Of a stretch of 64,000 bases of DNA, positions 55,770 to 64,000 are shown piece after piece. Below the pieces are notes generated by a model. It searched no databases, had not been told where the DNA came from, and saw only the letters and a program-made list of their open reading frames with translations. Every line of letters starts with the position of its first letter. Within the stretch, counting starts at the first letter, position 1. A program made the translations under genes and the position numbers. The DNA is from a virus, in the IMG/VR virus record IMGVR_UViG_2906454065_000003, positions 1 to 64,000 of that record; one strand, written 5' to 3'.

Positions 55770-56207
55770 TTATTCTTCCCCTATCTCTTTTAAACCCAAA
55801 TCTATTAATAGCTTATCCAATATTTCATTCACGTCATTACGGAAACTTCGGTAAGTAACATAATAGAAACTGATGTTTTTGTAATCATGGCTTACATTAG
55901 AACATGTACACCCCAAAACCTTAGCGATTTTTTCTCTTAACCCTCTTCTCATCTTAGAACCGCCAAGGGCACTAGGAGAATAAAGATAAAGAATAACAAA
56001 GATAAATTGCTTGCGTACCATTGTGGAATTTCGTCCGGCATGATAGCTCATAAACTTATCGTAAATATTGCCTACTTGCGATAAGTCTTGCATCAATGGA
56101 ATGGAAAGACTTATTTCTTCCTTGGATAAGATGGCCTTAGTTTCTCTAATCCATTTTATGCGTTCCATGATTTTCTTTAGATTCATTTCAATGTCTGGTT
56201 CTTTCAT
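55770..56207 (-). CDS. hypothetical protein
   Basis: 145-aa ORF. First gene of the - strand block. Confidence 0.45.
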   Translation of the reverse strand: MKEPDIEMNLKKIMERIKWIRETKAILSKEEISLSIPLMQDLSQVGNIYDKFMSYHAGRNSTMVRKQFIFVILYLYSPSALGGSKMRRGLREKIAKVLGCTCSNVSHDYKNISFYYVTYRSFRNDVNEILDKLLIDLGLKEIGEE

Positions 56208-56362
56208 TCTTTTCTATTTTTAATCCAACATTTCATAGACGAAGTTAACCTCGTCTGCATCTATTTGTTTCCTAAACTTTTCTATGTTAGAAACTATCAA
56301 CGAGCAGTGCTCGTACGAACTCTGCCCATTGATAACTTTTTCTATTCTTGTTATTCGGTATC

Positions 56363-56905
56363 TCATTTTATTTCGATAAGCGTTAAAATACAATACCCCA
56401 ATAAATCTTTATAGCTGTCTAGGACAGGCTCTTCTTTAGCATCCTCGTTCAAAGTCAGCAAAGAGCAAATACGATTAATCTTCTCTTGCAAATGACCGAA
56501 GGCATACGGATAACCATCTTTAGCAAAACATTCAGAAAATGCGTTTCCATACCGCTTATTTTTGGTTTTGAACAATTCGATTTGCGACTCGATGATGTCG
56601 TTATAATCTGAAACAATATACCAAGAGAGCGTAAGCAAGGCTTCCATCGCCATTACACTGATATGGCTTCGTAAGGTTTCTTTGTCTTCAGAAGATGCTC
56701 GTATCCCATACATAAGACGAAGGAAATTGGCTGCGCTTGAAAATAATCCGAGCTTTCCGAAGTCCTCCCTTAGAGATGAAACGAAAGTGGCATTATCCTT
56801 GCATTCAATCATGTCTGCCAAACGTCTTATCACAAAGATATACTTGTTAGCATATTCGCAACACCCATTGTTATTTTGTTCCACCATGTCCGTATCCTCC
56901 TCCAC
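56363..56905 (-). CDS. hypothetical protein
   Basis: 180-aa ORF. Confidence 0.45.
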   Translation of the reverse strand: MEEDTDMVEQNNNGCCEYANKYIFVIRRLADMIECKDNATFVSSLREDFGKLGLFSSAANFLRLMYGIRASSEDKETLRSHISVMAMEALLTLSWYIVSDYNDIIESQIELFKTKNKRYGNAFSECFAKDGYPYAFGHLQEKINRICSLLTLNEDAKEEPVLDSYKDLLGYCILTLIEIK

Positions 56906-57458
56906 GATTATTTTCCATATTCAACTCTCCAAGTATGCAATCTGGATTTTCTACCTTGCGGAATGCGCCCTGGCAAACACGAGTGCCTTTCTTGACTACG
57001 AAAACATAATATTCGTAATCTGAATCTAGTTTAAATTTGCTATCCTTTGTCGGCATATAACGGTCGGAATTAACTCTATAAAGCGCACCAATATTGTCCC
57101 TATAATCTTCATCGACCAGACCTAGGCAAATATCAATATCCGCTCTAACATTAGTCATGTAACCAACTTGTGTTTCGTTCTTGCCAATAAAGGCCACATC
57201 AACTTGCATACCTTTGTCAGTAAAGCCGGAACGTGAACGAATATCCAAGCCAACATCTTTAGGAAGTTCCACGCCTAAATGCAGATTTATGTGACCTCTT
57301 CCCATTTTCACCCAAGGCATATTCAATACCACATCTTGTGGACAGTAAAAATCAACTGCCGCAGCATTACCTTCCTTATAAGGAACACGACCACCTCGCA
57401 AGTCAAGTACATAAGCCTTGCCTTGTGCTACTAACTTCTTTATTAACTCCTTATCCAT
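56871..57458 (-). CDS. dut: dUTP diphosphatase (dUTPase)
   Basis: All five dUTPase motifs are present in order: AAAVDF, RSRSGF, GLVDEDYRDNIG, RVCQG and RGGGYGHGG. Confidence 0.7.
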   Translation of the reverse strand: MDKELIKKLVAQGKAYVLDLRGGRVPYKEGNAAAVDFYCPQDVVLNMPWVKMGRGHINLHLGVELPKDVGLDIRSRSGFTDKGMQVDVAFIGKNETQVGYMTNVRADIDICLGLVDEDYRDNIGALYRVNSDRYMPTKDSKFKLDSDYEYYVFVVKKGTRVCQGAFRKVENPDCILGELNMENNRGGGYGHGGTK

Positions 57459-57651
57459 TGTATATAAAGCCTAAATCATTTAAAGTTCTACAATTCTTAA
57501 CCAGTCCTTTTGCCCATAAATTACGCAACTCAGGTAACGGGTCTTTTCCGTACCTATTCTTTATGGTTGCTAAGGTCAAGATTTCCGGTTTAATATGTTT
57601 ATCTCTTTTCTGCTGTCTTAGCTCCTTCAGAATATTCTCCAAGTTCTCCAT
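57451..57651 (-). CDS. hypothetical small protein
   Basis: 66-aa ORF that fills the gap between the dUTPase gene and the next gene. Confidence 0.3.
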   Translation of the reverse strand: MENLENILKELRQQKRDKHIKPEILTLATIKNRYGKDPLPELRNLWAKGLVKNCRTLNDLGFIYNG

Positions 57652-58081
57652 TGACGAAATCCTCCATTGTTATATTGTCAACCCCAAATTTATCAGCCAG
57701 ATCATCGTTCCCAATAATCAGCCAATTAGATTTGTCTTTGAGAAACTCAATACTCTCGGTGCTTTTTGCAGCATCAACAAAAGTATCATCAATATTATCA
57801 GTAGAGCAATATGGAACTACCGCATTAACTGTATACATAGCAATTTCGTATGAAATAACCGATACCATTTTCTTGAATGTTATATCGCTTGAATACATTA
57901 CTTGGTTCTTGTCATATCCTAAGATGTTGACACGGACTATATTATTATCTGCTTGCAACGCTCTAAAGAAATCGTGCTTTAGCTGAAAATCCGTAATATC
58001 TACAGGATGCTCGTTACCCGATGGAATACTTATAATATCCAACAGGCTTACAAAAATAACTTTTTTATTCATTGTCTTCAT
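57599..58081 (-). CDS. hypothetical protein
   Basis: 160-aa ORF. Confidence 0.4.
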   Translation of the reverse strand: MKTMNKKVIFVSLLDIISIPSGNEHPVDITDFQLKHDFFRALQADNNIVRVNILGYDKNQVMYSSDITFKKMVSVISYEIAMYTVNAVVPYCSTDNIDDTFVDAAKSTESIEFLKDKSNWLIIGNDDLADKFGVDNITMEDFVNGELGEYSEGAKTAEKR

Positions 58082-58325
58082 CTGTTAATAATTTATCTAT
58101 TGTTTTTTCTAATTCGTCTAATCTTAGAGTATAATCCTCTTCGTAAACGCATGTCAATGTAGAAATAAAGAACTTATCATTATCTGTTCTCAATTCAATC
58201 TCCATGTATTCCTCGTAATAGCTATCATATTTAATTACTATCGAAAAGGAGTTCATGTAATTTGGGTCAAACCTTCTCTGCAAAGCTTGTGCTCTCGTAA
58301 ACGCATCATTGAATTCGTTTGTCAT
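58065..58325 (-). CDS. hypothetical protein
   Basis: 86-aa ORF. Confidence 0.4.
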   Translation of the reverse strand: MTNEFNDAFTRAQALQRRFDPNYMNSFSIVIKYDSYYEEYMEIELRTDNDKFFISTLTCVYEEDYTLRLDELEKTIDKLLTDEDNE

Positions 58326-58708
58326 GGTTCAATATTTTGTGTAAGCATTTCTCTGTTCTTTGCCATTGCATCATGGAAGCCTATATCGTATCTGTCGGTC
58401 TGCTCCAGCTCATAGTTCCGCTTTATAAGTTCACTTGTCTGATACGAACTCTTTGCTAGTTGAATTTTAAAATAGATAAACTCAACAAACATAACCATAA
58501 AGCAGATAGCAAAGCCTATTATTACTGCAGCCTTTGTATTCTCCTTACAGAACCTTACAATACACTTAGCAAGCCAGCATGTTGTACTAACTATGCCTAC
58601 AAGTACAAGGTAAGGAATTCGTAAAAGAACCTTGCATAACATACCCATAGTACTCTTCGTATAAGATGCGAAATCCGTACTTGTAAAAACTAACTTTAAC
58701 TTCTTCAT
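58322..58708 (-). CDS. membrane protein (2 TM)
   Basis: LVLVGIVSTTCWLA and AVIIGFAICFMVMFVEFIYF are two TM helices. Confidence 0.4.
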   Translation of the reverse strand: MKKLKLVFTSTDFASYTKSTMGMLCKVLLRIPYLVLVGIVSTTCWLAKCIVRFCKENTKAAVIIGFAICFMVMFVEFIYFKIQLAKSSYQTSELIKRNYELEQTDRYDIGFHDAMAKNREMLTQNIEP

Positions 58709-58716
58709 ATTTTAGC

Positions 58717-59196
58717 CTATTTAATGTTTATCAAAAGTCTTTTGTTAACGAACCACAACAAATCAATACCATTCATCATGCAATATCCGCAAAGCATGCC
58801 AATCAAGATTATTATCTTCTTGAACACTCGGTAATGTGTCATTTCAATCTTCAGCATAGACATCATCAAGTCTTCAAAGGAACGGTCTCTCATAGAATCT
58901 GGGTCTAGCCTCAATGATTTGACATTCATCTTGTACTTATTGGCCATTGAGAATAATATAATAGCAAACTCTGCTAATTTGTCCTCTAGAGTTCCGGCAA
59001 CGAGTTTAGAATATATTTCTATCGTACCACGTCCATTAACATTTTCATATTCCCAACGTTTGGCGTTGAAACGACCTTCGTATTTGCGCATTTCTACAAT
59101 AGCGTCAATTACGTTGAATGTTTCTGCTCTTTGGGTCTGGCTAGCAACATCAAAGTTGCAAGCCTCTATAATCTGTTCTATTTCTGCTATCTCCAT
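58717..59196 (-). CDS. hypothetical protein
   Basis: 159-aa ORF. Confidence 0.45.
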   Translation of the reverse strand: MEIAEIEQIIEACNFDVASQTQRAETFNVIDAIVEMRKYEGRFNAKRWEYENVNGRGTIEIYSKLVAGTLEDKLAEFAIILFSMANKYKMNVKSLRLDPDSMRDRSFEDLMMSMLKIEMTHYRVFKKIIILIGMLCGYCMMNGIDLLWFVNKRLLINIK

Positions 59197-59197
59197 T

Positions 59198-59491
59198 TTA
59201 TACTATTGAATCTAAGTCAAAATCATTAGAAGGAATGAAAGCCACATGGTCTTTCTCCCTTGTCATCGTTTTCTCTCCTGTTCGCACGCAATTAATTTGC
59301 TTGGGATTTTTATGTCGTACCACAAATGTTCCAAAGCTGCGTATCATAACACGGTCTCTGTTGCGCAACGATTGCTTTGTGAGGTCTATGAAATAATTCA
59401 CAATGGCTTGAACATCATCCTTGCGGAACTTTTTGCCATTTACATCTCTAAGGTTCTTAATGATTGCCTTGACAATTTCTTCTTTCTTCAT
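59198..59491 (-). CDS. HU/IHF-family DNA-binding protein
   Basis: GKKFRKDDVQAIVNYF...RVMIRSFGTF..RHKNPKQINCVRTGEKTMTREKDHVAF is the HU fold signature, including the beta-arm RNP motif. Confidence 0.7.
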   Translation of the reverse strand: MKKEEIVKAIIKNLRDVNGKKFRKDDVQAIVNYFIDLTKQSLRNRDRVMIRSFGTFVVRHKNPKQINCVRTGEKTMTREKDHVAFIPSNDFDLDSIV

Positions 59492-60359
59492 ATTCTCTAA
59501 GTTTTTTATTCCCTAAACTTCTAATCAAGTCGTATGGGTCTATACCATATTTCTTAACGAAACATTCTCTTAGCTTGCATATAGCCTTAAAATCTGCATT
59601 TGTTGTATTCTTGACTATCATATAAGCTGAGTCTAATCTAATATCAGCTTTAGGAGCTTTTACCCGAAAAATCTTGTTGCCTTTCTCGTCTTCGATAAGT
59701 TCTATATTAACTTCCTCGCCCTTAGCTTTTTTTCTTGCCGCCCATTCTTCATAAGTGATGGCATTTTGCTTGATAGCCTCATCTTCTTTAGCCTCTTTCT
59801 CTTTCTGTATATTTGCCTCTACTGCTTTTATGGCATCTATACGATGGGAACAGAAAGTATTCAAGCTCTTTGTTATAACTTGCGGATTTGGCTTCTTGTA
59901 GAATTTCTCAAACTTTCCGGCAATAAACATCTTGAAGAAAGTAATCAGCTCGTTCAGATTAAGGAAATAATACTCATCCTTTATAGCATTTGCAGTCATT
60001 ATCTTGATATTTTCAGTAGCCTCATTATTTACAAAGCCACAAATACCATAGACATCAGAAACCCATGCTACAAGCCATGTTATTGCACTTCCTTCTCCAT
60101 AACACAAGTCAAGATAGGTAAGTGTTGGTGCGTTGCTTTTAAAAGCTTTCCCGATTGGCATCTTACTACCTACTTGGCTTGATGGAGAGAAAGACATTAG
60201 AACGTTATCGAATGTTCCGTACTCATTGAATATTCGTTGCTTTTCTCTGTTGATTGAGACGCTGCACGAGGTCGGCTGATTCTTGGTAATAGCCTTGCTC
60301 TGCGTCTTTATTAGTCCCTTGCTTTCTATCATCATAATTTCCTTCCAATACTTTAACAA
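59457..60359 (-). CDS. hypothetical protein (start uncertain)
   Basis: 300-aa ORF. The 5' end overlaps the upstream gene by about 137 nt, so the true start is probably an internal Met (for example at 60335). Confidence 0.4.
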   Translation of the reverse strand: MLKYWKEIMMIESKGLIKTQSKAITKNQPTSCSVSINREKQRIFNEYGTFDNVLMSFSPSSQVGSKMPIGKAFKSNAPTLTYLDLCYGEGSAITWLVAWVSDVYGICGFVNNEATENIKIMTANAIKDEYYFLNLNELITFFKMFIAGKFEKFYKKPNPQVITKSLNTFCSHRIDAIKAVEANIQKEKEAKEDEAIKQNAITYEEWAARKKAKGEEVNIELIEDEKGNKIFRVKAPKADIRLDSAYMIVKNTTNADFKAICKLRECFVKKYGIDPYDLIRSLGNKKLREYEERRNCQGNH

Positions 60360-60918
60360 AATTATTTGGTCTCATAATCCAATCAAAACTCGCCATCCAT
60401 CCATTACTACCATTAAGGAATGAAGATGCTGCCGCCTTGTCAATCATCAACTTCATCTGCTCACTCCCATATTCTTTAAGCCGTGAATTAATCATTGACT
60501 TTCTCTTCGATGTCAGGGCATGAACTAGAGGCATTCCTCTTCCAGCGATAACCTTATTGAAATATTCGCAAACCTTTTTTGCTTTATCATCCACTTGTTG
60601 TACACTAGGGACGTTATTCAATGCTATTCGTTCAGGTTCATTCTTGTGTGGTTTAGATTCTTCGCCTTCAGCAAATTCTATGTTGTCTTCATGCTTCCAA
60701 ATAAAGACTTTTCCGTTTCCGATAGATAACATTTGTTTCTCAAATAGCCCATCAATAGCTTTTTTTGTCTTTGCTACCGACATACCTATCTTATTCGATA
60801 ATTCCTTGTTGCTCCCATATACATATCCGTCTTTGTCAGCATTAAATGACAGACGGACGAAAGCGACCAATTCATCTGCATCCAAGCTACATGCTTTTTC
60901 GTCTAATTTTACTACCAT
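60223..60918 (-). CDS. putative replication-associated protein (replisome organizer-like)
   Basis: N-terminal HTH-like region. C-terminal WMASFDWIMRPNNFVKVLEGNYDD resembles the conserved phage replication-protein C-terminus, recalled from memory only. Adjacent to the helicase. Confidence 0.35.
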   Translation of the reverse strand: MVVKLDEKACSLDADELVAFVRLSFNADKDGYVYGSNKELSNKIGMSVAKTKKAIDGLFEKQMLSIGNGKVFIWKHEDNIEFAEGEESKPHKNEPERIALNNVPSVQQVDDKAKKVCEYFNKVIAGRGMPLVHALTSKRKSMINSRLKEYGSEQMKLMIDKAAASSFLNGSNGWMASFDWIMRPNNFVKVLEGNYDDRKQGTNKDAEQGYYQESADLVQRLNQQRKATNIQ

Positions 60919-60921
60919 ATC

Positions 60922-62094
60922 TTAAAAAAATGCATTTGTTAATTGTTTATTTCCACTCATTATTACCCACTTTCCTTTGCCGTTTTGGTCTAGCAATTTC
61001 AAGTCTTCAACTTTTCCGAACCTCTCATAAGTACCACAGAGGTCAACAAACCAAGGTTGTTTCCCTTTTGATAGTCTAAGAAGTCTTCCTACGACTTGAT
61101 AATATTGCGCTAATGAACGTGTTGGCTTTGCATACACTACAGTATCTAACTCCGGATAATCAAAGCCTACGACCAAGATTTGGCTATTTACCAATACCTT
61201 AGTCTGCCCATTGCGGAATCGCTCGATGATAGCCTCACGCTCTTTAGGTGGTGTCTCTCCGCAGACCATTTCGCAATTAGGTATGGAATAGGTCAGCATC
61301 TGAGCTTCTTTAACGAACTTCGTAAAAACCAAGATACCTTTACGCTCTCCACCTCGTTTAGGATTAAGCAATCTTTTAACAACACTAACTAGCCATCCGT
61401 ACAAATCTACACGTTCATATTCTTGCTTGACACTTTGATCAGTGTAATCACGGCAAGTTGAATTGAGCTGCAAGTTTCCTTCGTTCCATTGTGGTGGTGG
61501 GCATGTGTAATAGTTCGGAAGACAGATATATCCGTTCTTTGCCATATCCTCAACTTGAACATAGTAAATAAGCTCCTTGAAAATCTTGTCTCTACTTCTT
61601 GTCAGAAACTTCAGTATGCTACCATAGTTCTGATAGGAATACAGACGGAAAGGTGTTGCGGTTAAACCTATGACCTTGCTCTTTAATTTATCAAGAAACT
61701 CCTTATACATGCCGGATTCAGGTTTCACTAAATGAACCTCATCAATCAATATGTATTTGAAGTCAGTAAACAATTCGGGATGTCCTTTCACGCTACCAAT
61801 TGTAGCAAAAGTAACATCGCTGATTTCTTTTGATTTAAAGCTAGCGGAATAGATGCTGGCATTATCAAATCCATAAGAACAATACTTCTTGTAGTTTTGT
61901 TCCAAAATTTCCTTAGTAGGAGAGAATACAAGCACTTTATCCTTGAGTCTAGCAGCTATATCTGCCAAAATCAATGATTTGCCCGATGCAGTAGGAAGCA
62001 CTTCCAGAGCGTTCCAATTTTTCTTTTCATCCAAGAAAAACTCAACAGCCTTCTTGCTTGCCTCTTCTTGATATGGTCTTAATTTAAACTTCAT
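60922..62094 (-). CDS. SF2 DEAD/DEAH-box helicase
   Basis: Motif I PTASGKS, motif II DEVH, motif III TAT, motif VI VVGRLLRL. 390 aa. Confidence 0.8.
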   Translation of the reverse strand: MKFKLRPYQEEASKKAVEFFLDEKKNWNALEVLPTASGKSLILADIAARLKDKVLVFSPTKEILEQNYKKYCSYGFDNASIYSASFKSKEISDVTFATIGSVKGHPELFTDFKYILIDEVHLVKPESGMYKEFLDKLKSKVIGLTATPFRLYSYQNYGSILKFLTRSRDKIFKELIYYVQVEDMAKNGYICLPNYYTCPPPQWNEGNLQLNSTCRDYTDQSVKQEYERVDLYGWLVSVVKRLLNPKRGGERKGILVFTKFVKEAQMLTYSIPNCEMVCGETPPKEREAIIERFRNGQTKVLVNSQILVVGFDYPELDTVVYAKPTRSLAQYYQVVGRLLRLSKGKQPWFVDLCGTYERFGKVEDLKLLDQNGKGKWVIMSGNKQLTNAFF

Positions 62095-62180
62095 TTCACA
62101 AATAATATGAAATCACTTTTGTTACTATATAGGAATGCACAAGTCTTATGCATAACAAAAGCCAATATAAAAATGACCTT

Positions 62181-62204
62181 ACAGTTTTTATGGTGTGTCT
62201 CACC
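62181..62204 (-). promoter_or_regulatory. hairpin motif copy d (- strand) upstream of helicase gene
   Basis: The reverse complement reads GGTGAGACACACC-ATAAA-AACTGT, about 75-100 nt upstream of the helicase ATG at 62094. Confidence 0.5.
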
Positions 62205-62288
62205 AAGACGATTGCAAAGGTACGAAGAATAATTTAATAATGCAAACAATTTAGTGTATATTATTAATGCAGTAACATTATTTAAACC

Positions 62289-62816
62289 TTATTGATTATC
62301 TTTTTCTTCATTCATTTTCAGAATTAGAGCCGCATAGTATTTATAGAGTTCCTGTAATTCAAACACAGACCAATTCTTTGCTTGATGTTTCATTACCTCC
62401 AATAAATCAACTTGTTGCTCTCCGAGCCGCTTAACTTCTTCCATATCTAAAGGAACGTGAGGATGCTTTTGCAAATAAGTCAATCTTCCAAGCTTCATTA
62501 CTAAATTCTTTCTATAACCGATAAGATGGTCAGAAGAGAATCTGTTGCATCGTTTGCATTCCGCATTCTGATTACGTGTATCAAAGCGCAAGCTCATATG
62601 AGTTCGTCCGCAATAATGCCCATTGTCGGCTTGGTCGATTGGCAATATTCGTCCACAACTGATACATCTGAAGTACTTATAGTGAAACTCTCTAGAGTCT
62701 CTCATGCGGATATAAACCGACATAAGCCTATCTAGCTTGTCAACCCACTTTTGCTTCTCGCTCCTTTGGTGTTTAGGCTTCTTTCCACCTTTGTTGAATC
62801 TATCATAATATCCCAT
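62289..62816 (-). CDS. NinG/Rap-like protein with HNH-type Zn motifs (putative recombination nuclease)
   Basis: CISCGRI...GHYCGRTH...CKRCN...DHLIGY. The fold assignment is from memory only. Confidence 0.4.
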   Translation of the reverse strand: MGYYDRFNKGGKKPKHQRSEKQKWVDKLDRLMSVYIRMRDSREFHYKYFRCISCGRILPIDQADNGHYCGRTHMSLRFDTRNQNAECKRCNRFSSDHLIGYRKNLVMKLGRLTYLQKHPHVPLDMEEVKRLGEQQVDLLEVMKHQAKNWSVFELQELYKYYAALILKMNEEKDNQ

Positions 62817-62849
62817 AATCTTTATCCTTTATCAAACCAAAAGTCATAG

Positions 62850-62922
62850 TTGCTGCTGTGGGGGTCGAACCCACAACCTTTTTCCGATTTGGGCGGACGT
62901 TCTACCATTGAACTAAGCAGCA
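62850..62922 (-). tRNA. tRNA gene, anticodon arm irregular (candidate anticodon CAA)
   Basis: The reverse complement folds with acceptor TGCTGCT / AGCAGCA, D arm GTTC-AATGGTA-GAAC and T arm GTGGG-TTCGACC-CCCAC. The anticodon region GTCCG-CCCAAAT-CGGAA has only 4 bp plus a G.A, and position 26 is missing. Confidence 0.55.
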
Positions 62923-62975
62923 CCACCCCATAGGGGGATTTCAAACTAATTAAATAATAAGAAAAATGAAAAGCC

Positions 62976-63434
62976 TTACTCCTTTGGTTTACCCATATGC
63001 AAGAAAACATCCATGATTGATGTTTCCTTAAGGCTTGTAATATTGTAATCAATCATAGTCTTACCCATAATCTCATCTACATTCTTACGAGCCTTCTCAA
63101 TGGTATCACCCTGCACAAGATAACGAACCTTGGTCTTCCTCTCCTTGCCAGATTTTTCGTCAATAGTAATCATGTTAATACTGCAATCGTAGTATTTATC
63201 CTCACTATCTACCTCTGAAAGGAACAACTCAGAGAAACCAGCTTTCTTCATAGTGACAATCTCCATATCACCATTTGTGTATACCGCCATTTCTTCTGTA
63301 GTCTTAGCCTCGCATTCTGACCATGACAAGGCATCTACAACATATTGCTCTGTAGTTTTAGCGTTCGTTCCGTCTTCTAGAGTTTTCTCATAACGAACAC
63401 CTACGATAAAATACTTTCCTGTTAATGATTTCAT
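62976..63434 (-). CDS. hypothetical protein
   Basis: ATG at 63434 (MKSLTGKYFIVGV) is used because the track start at 63485 overlaps the tRNA-Arg. Confidence 0.45.
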   Translation of the reverse strand: MKSLTGKYFIVGVRYEKTLEDGTNAKTTEQYVVDALSWSECEAKTTEEMAVYTNGDMEIVTMKKAGFSELFLSEVDSEDKYYDCSINMITIDEKSGKERKTKVRYLVQGDTIEKARKNVDEIMGKTMIDYNITSLKETSIMDVFLHMGKPKE

Positions 63435-63460
63435 ATTCTTTCTTTTTATGTTAGAGAATG

Positions 63461-63534
63461 TGGTATCGGTGAGGCTTGAACTCACGACCTAATGTTTAGG
63501 AAACATTTGCTCTATCCAACTGAGCTACGACACC
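63461..63534 (-). tRNA. tRNA-Arg (anticodon CCT)
   Basis: Reverse complement: acceptor GGTGTCG / CGATACC, D arm TAGCTCAGTTGGATAGAGC, anticodon stem AATGT / ACATT with loop TTCCTAA, T arm GTGAG-TTCAAGC-CTCAC. 74 nt. Confidence 0.75.
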
Positions 63535-63541
63535 AAGCATC

Positions 63542-63958
63542 CTATAAAAACTCTTTATTTAATTCTGCTTGCCTCTCCACCTGCGTCTGCCATACCATAT
63601 AAGCATGGTCTTGTGGAGTCGGTATGTATAATCCTCTTTCCATTGAGCAATGATGAAGCCATCGGTCTATACATAAAGACATTTCTTCTTTGTCAAGGTC
63701 TGGTATGTGCCTCCAATATTGGAAGGTCTTGCCTTGTTTATTCTCACGCTCCCTAAGAAAAATATCCTTGTTTACACGTTTGAACTCTTGTTCGATATAG
63801 TCCTTAGTATATCCTTCTTCAATAGCTACGTAAGTGATTGTTACCCACAGATAAGCATTCTGCTGGATTGTCCTAGATTGTTGTCTCTCTTTAAGGTCAA
63901 CAACAAAGAACTTCTCATTATAATAATCACTTTGTAGTTTCTTGGCTTTGGTTATCAT
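63542..63958 (-). CDS. hypothetical protein
   Basis: 138-aa ORF. The - strand frame continues toward the window edge. Confidence 0.4.
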   Translation of the reverse strand: MITKAKKLQSDYYNEKFFVVDLKERQQSRTIQQNAYLWVTITYVAIEEGYTKDYIEQEFKRVNKDIFLRERENKQGKTFQYWRHIPDLDKEEMSLCIDRWLHHCSMERGLYIPTPQDHAYMVWQTQVERQAELNKEFL

Positions 63959-64000
63959 AGCCTTGGTTCGTTCCTCGAACTTTTCAAGCTCGACCGGATT

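Noticed and set aside
1-64000. Integrase, attachment sites, terminase, portal and lysis genes
   Set aside because: None could be recognised by motif in this window. The prophage-versus-free-phage status and the element boundaries are therefore left open.

Overview
The whole 64 kb window looks like bacteriophage or prophage DNA from a Bacteroidota host. Evidence for the host: at least nine copies of a Bacteroides-type sigma-A promoter (-33 TTG(CA) and -7 TAnnTTTG) and start codons with no Shine-Dalgarno sequence. Coding is dense and almost all on the + strand from 1 to 55.7 kb, then on the - strand from 55.8 to 64 kb. Most ORFs are small and characteristic of phage accessory gene sets.

Recognisable genes:
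- a 2087-aa tail tape measure protein (16214..22477)
- a putative scaffold / capsid / connector / major-tail block (32.6-37.9 kb)
- nucleotide metabolism: ThyX, RNase H, dUTPase
- HU-like DNA-binding protein, SF2 helicase, a NinG/Rap-like protein, a possible replication organiser
- an RtcB RNA ligase, two ASCH-domain proteins, a GNAT acetyltransferase
- an amidoligase plus class-II glutamine amidotransferase pair
- a DNA-modification island: a C5 cytosine methyltransferase split by a poly-G(8) tract, two beta-class N6/N4 methyltransferases and two HNH endonucleases
- a promoter-driven cluster of five tRNA(-like) genes, one with an 8-nt anticodon loop, plus two more tRNAs on the - strand near the right end

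The regulatory architecture is the most unusual part:
- a mirror-symmetric cassette (8.3-14.2 kb) with paralogous HTH regulators outside and paralogous genes inside, whose 5'UTRs carry a perfect 24-bp inverted repeat
- a five-copy hairpin motif GGTGAGACACACC-N-AACTGT
- an 11-unit 10-bp tandem repeat sitting between a promoter and a strong terminator (putative ncRNA or iterons)
- a promoter-to-terminator structured leader at 38.2 kb
- a recurrent stop-start junction TAGCGTATG
- segmental paralogy between 1.6-6.5 kb and 46.3-52.6 kb

No integrase, terminase or portal was recognised, so the element's boundaries and lifestyle cannot be set from this window. Every call rests on reading motifs by eye; no database search was run.
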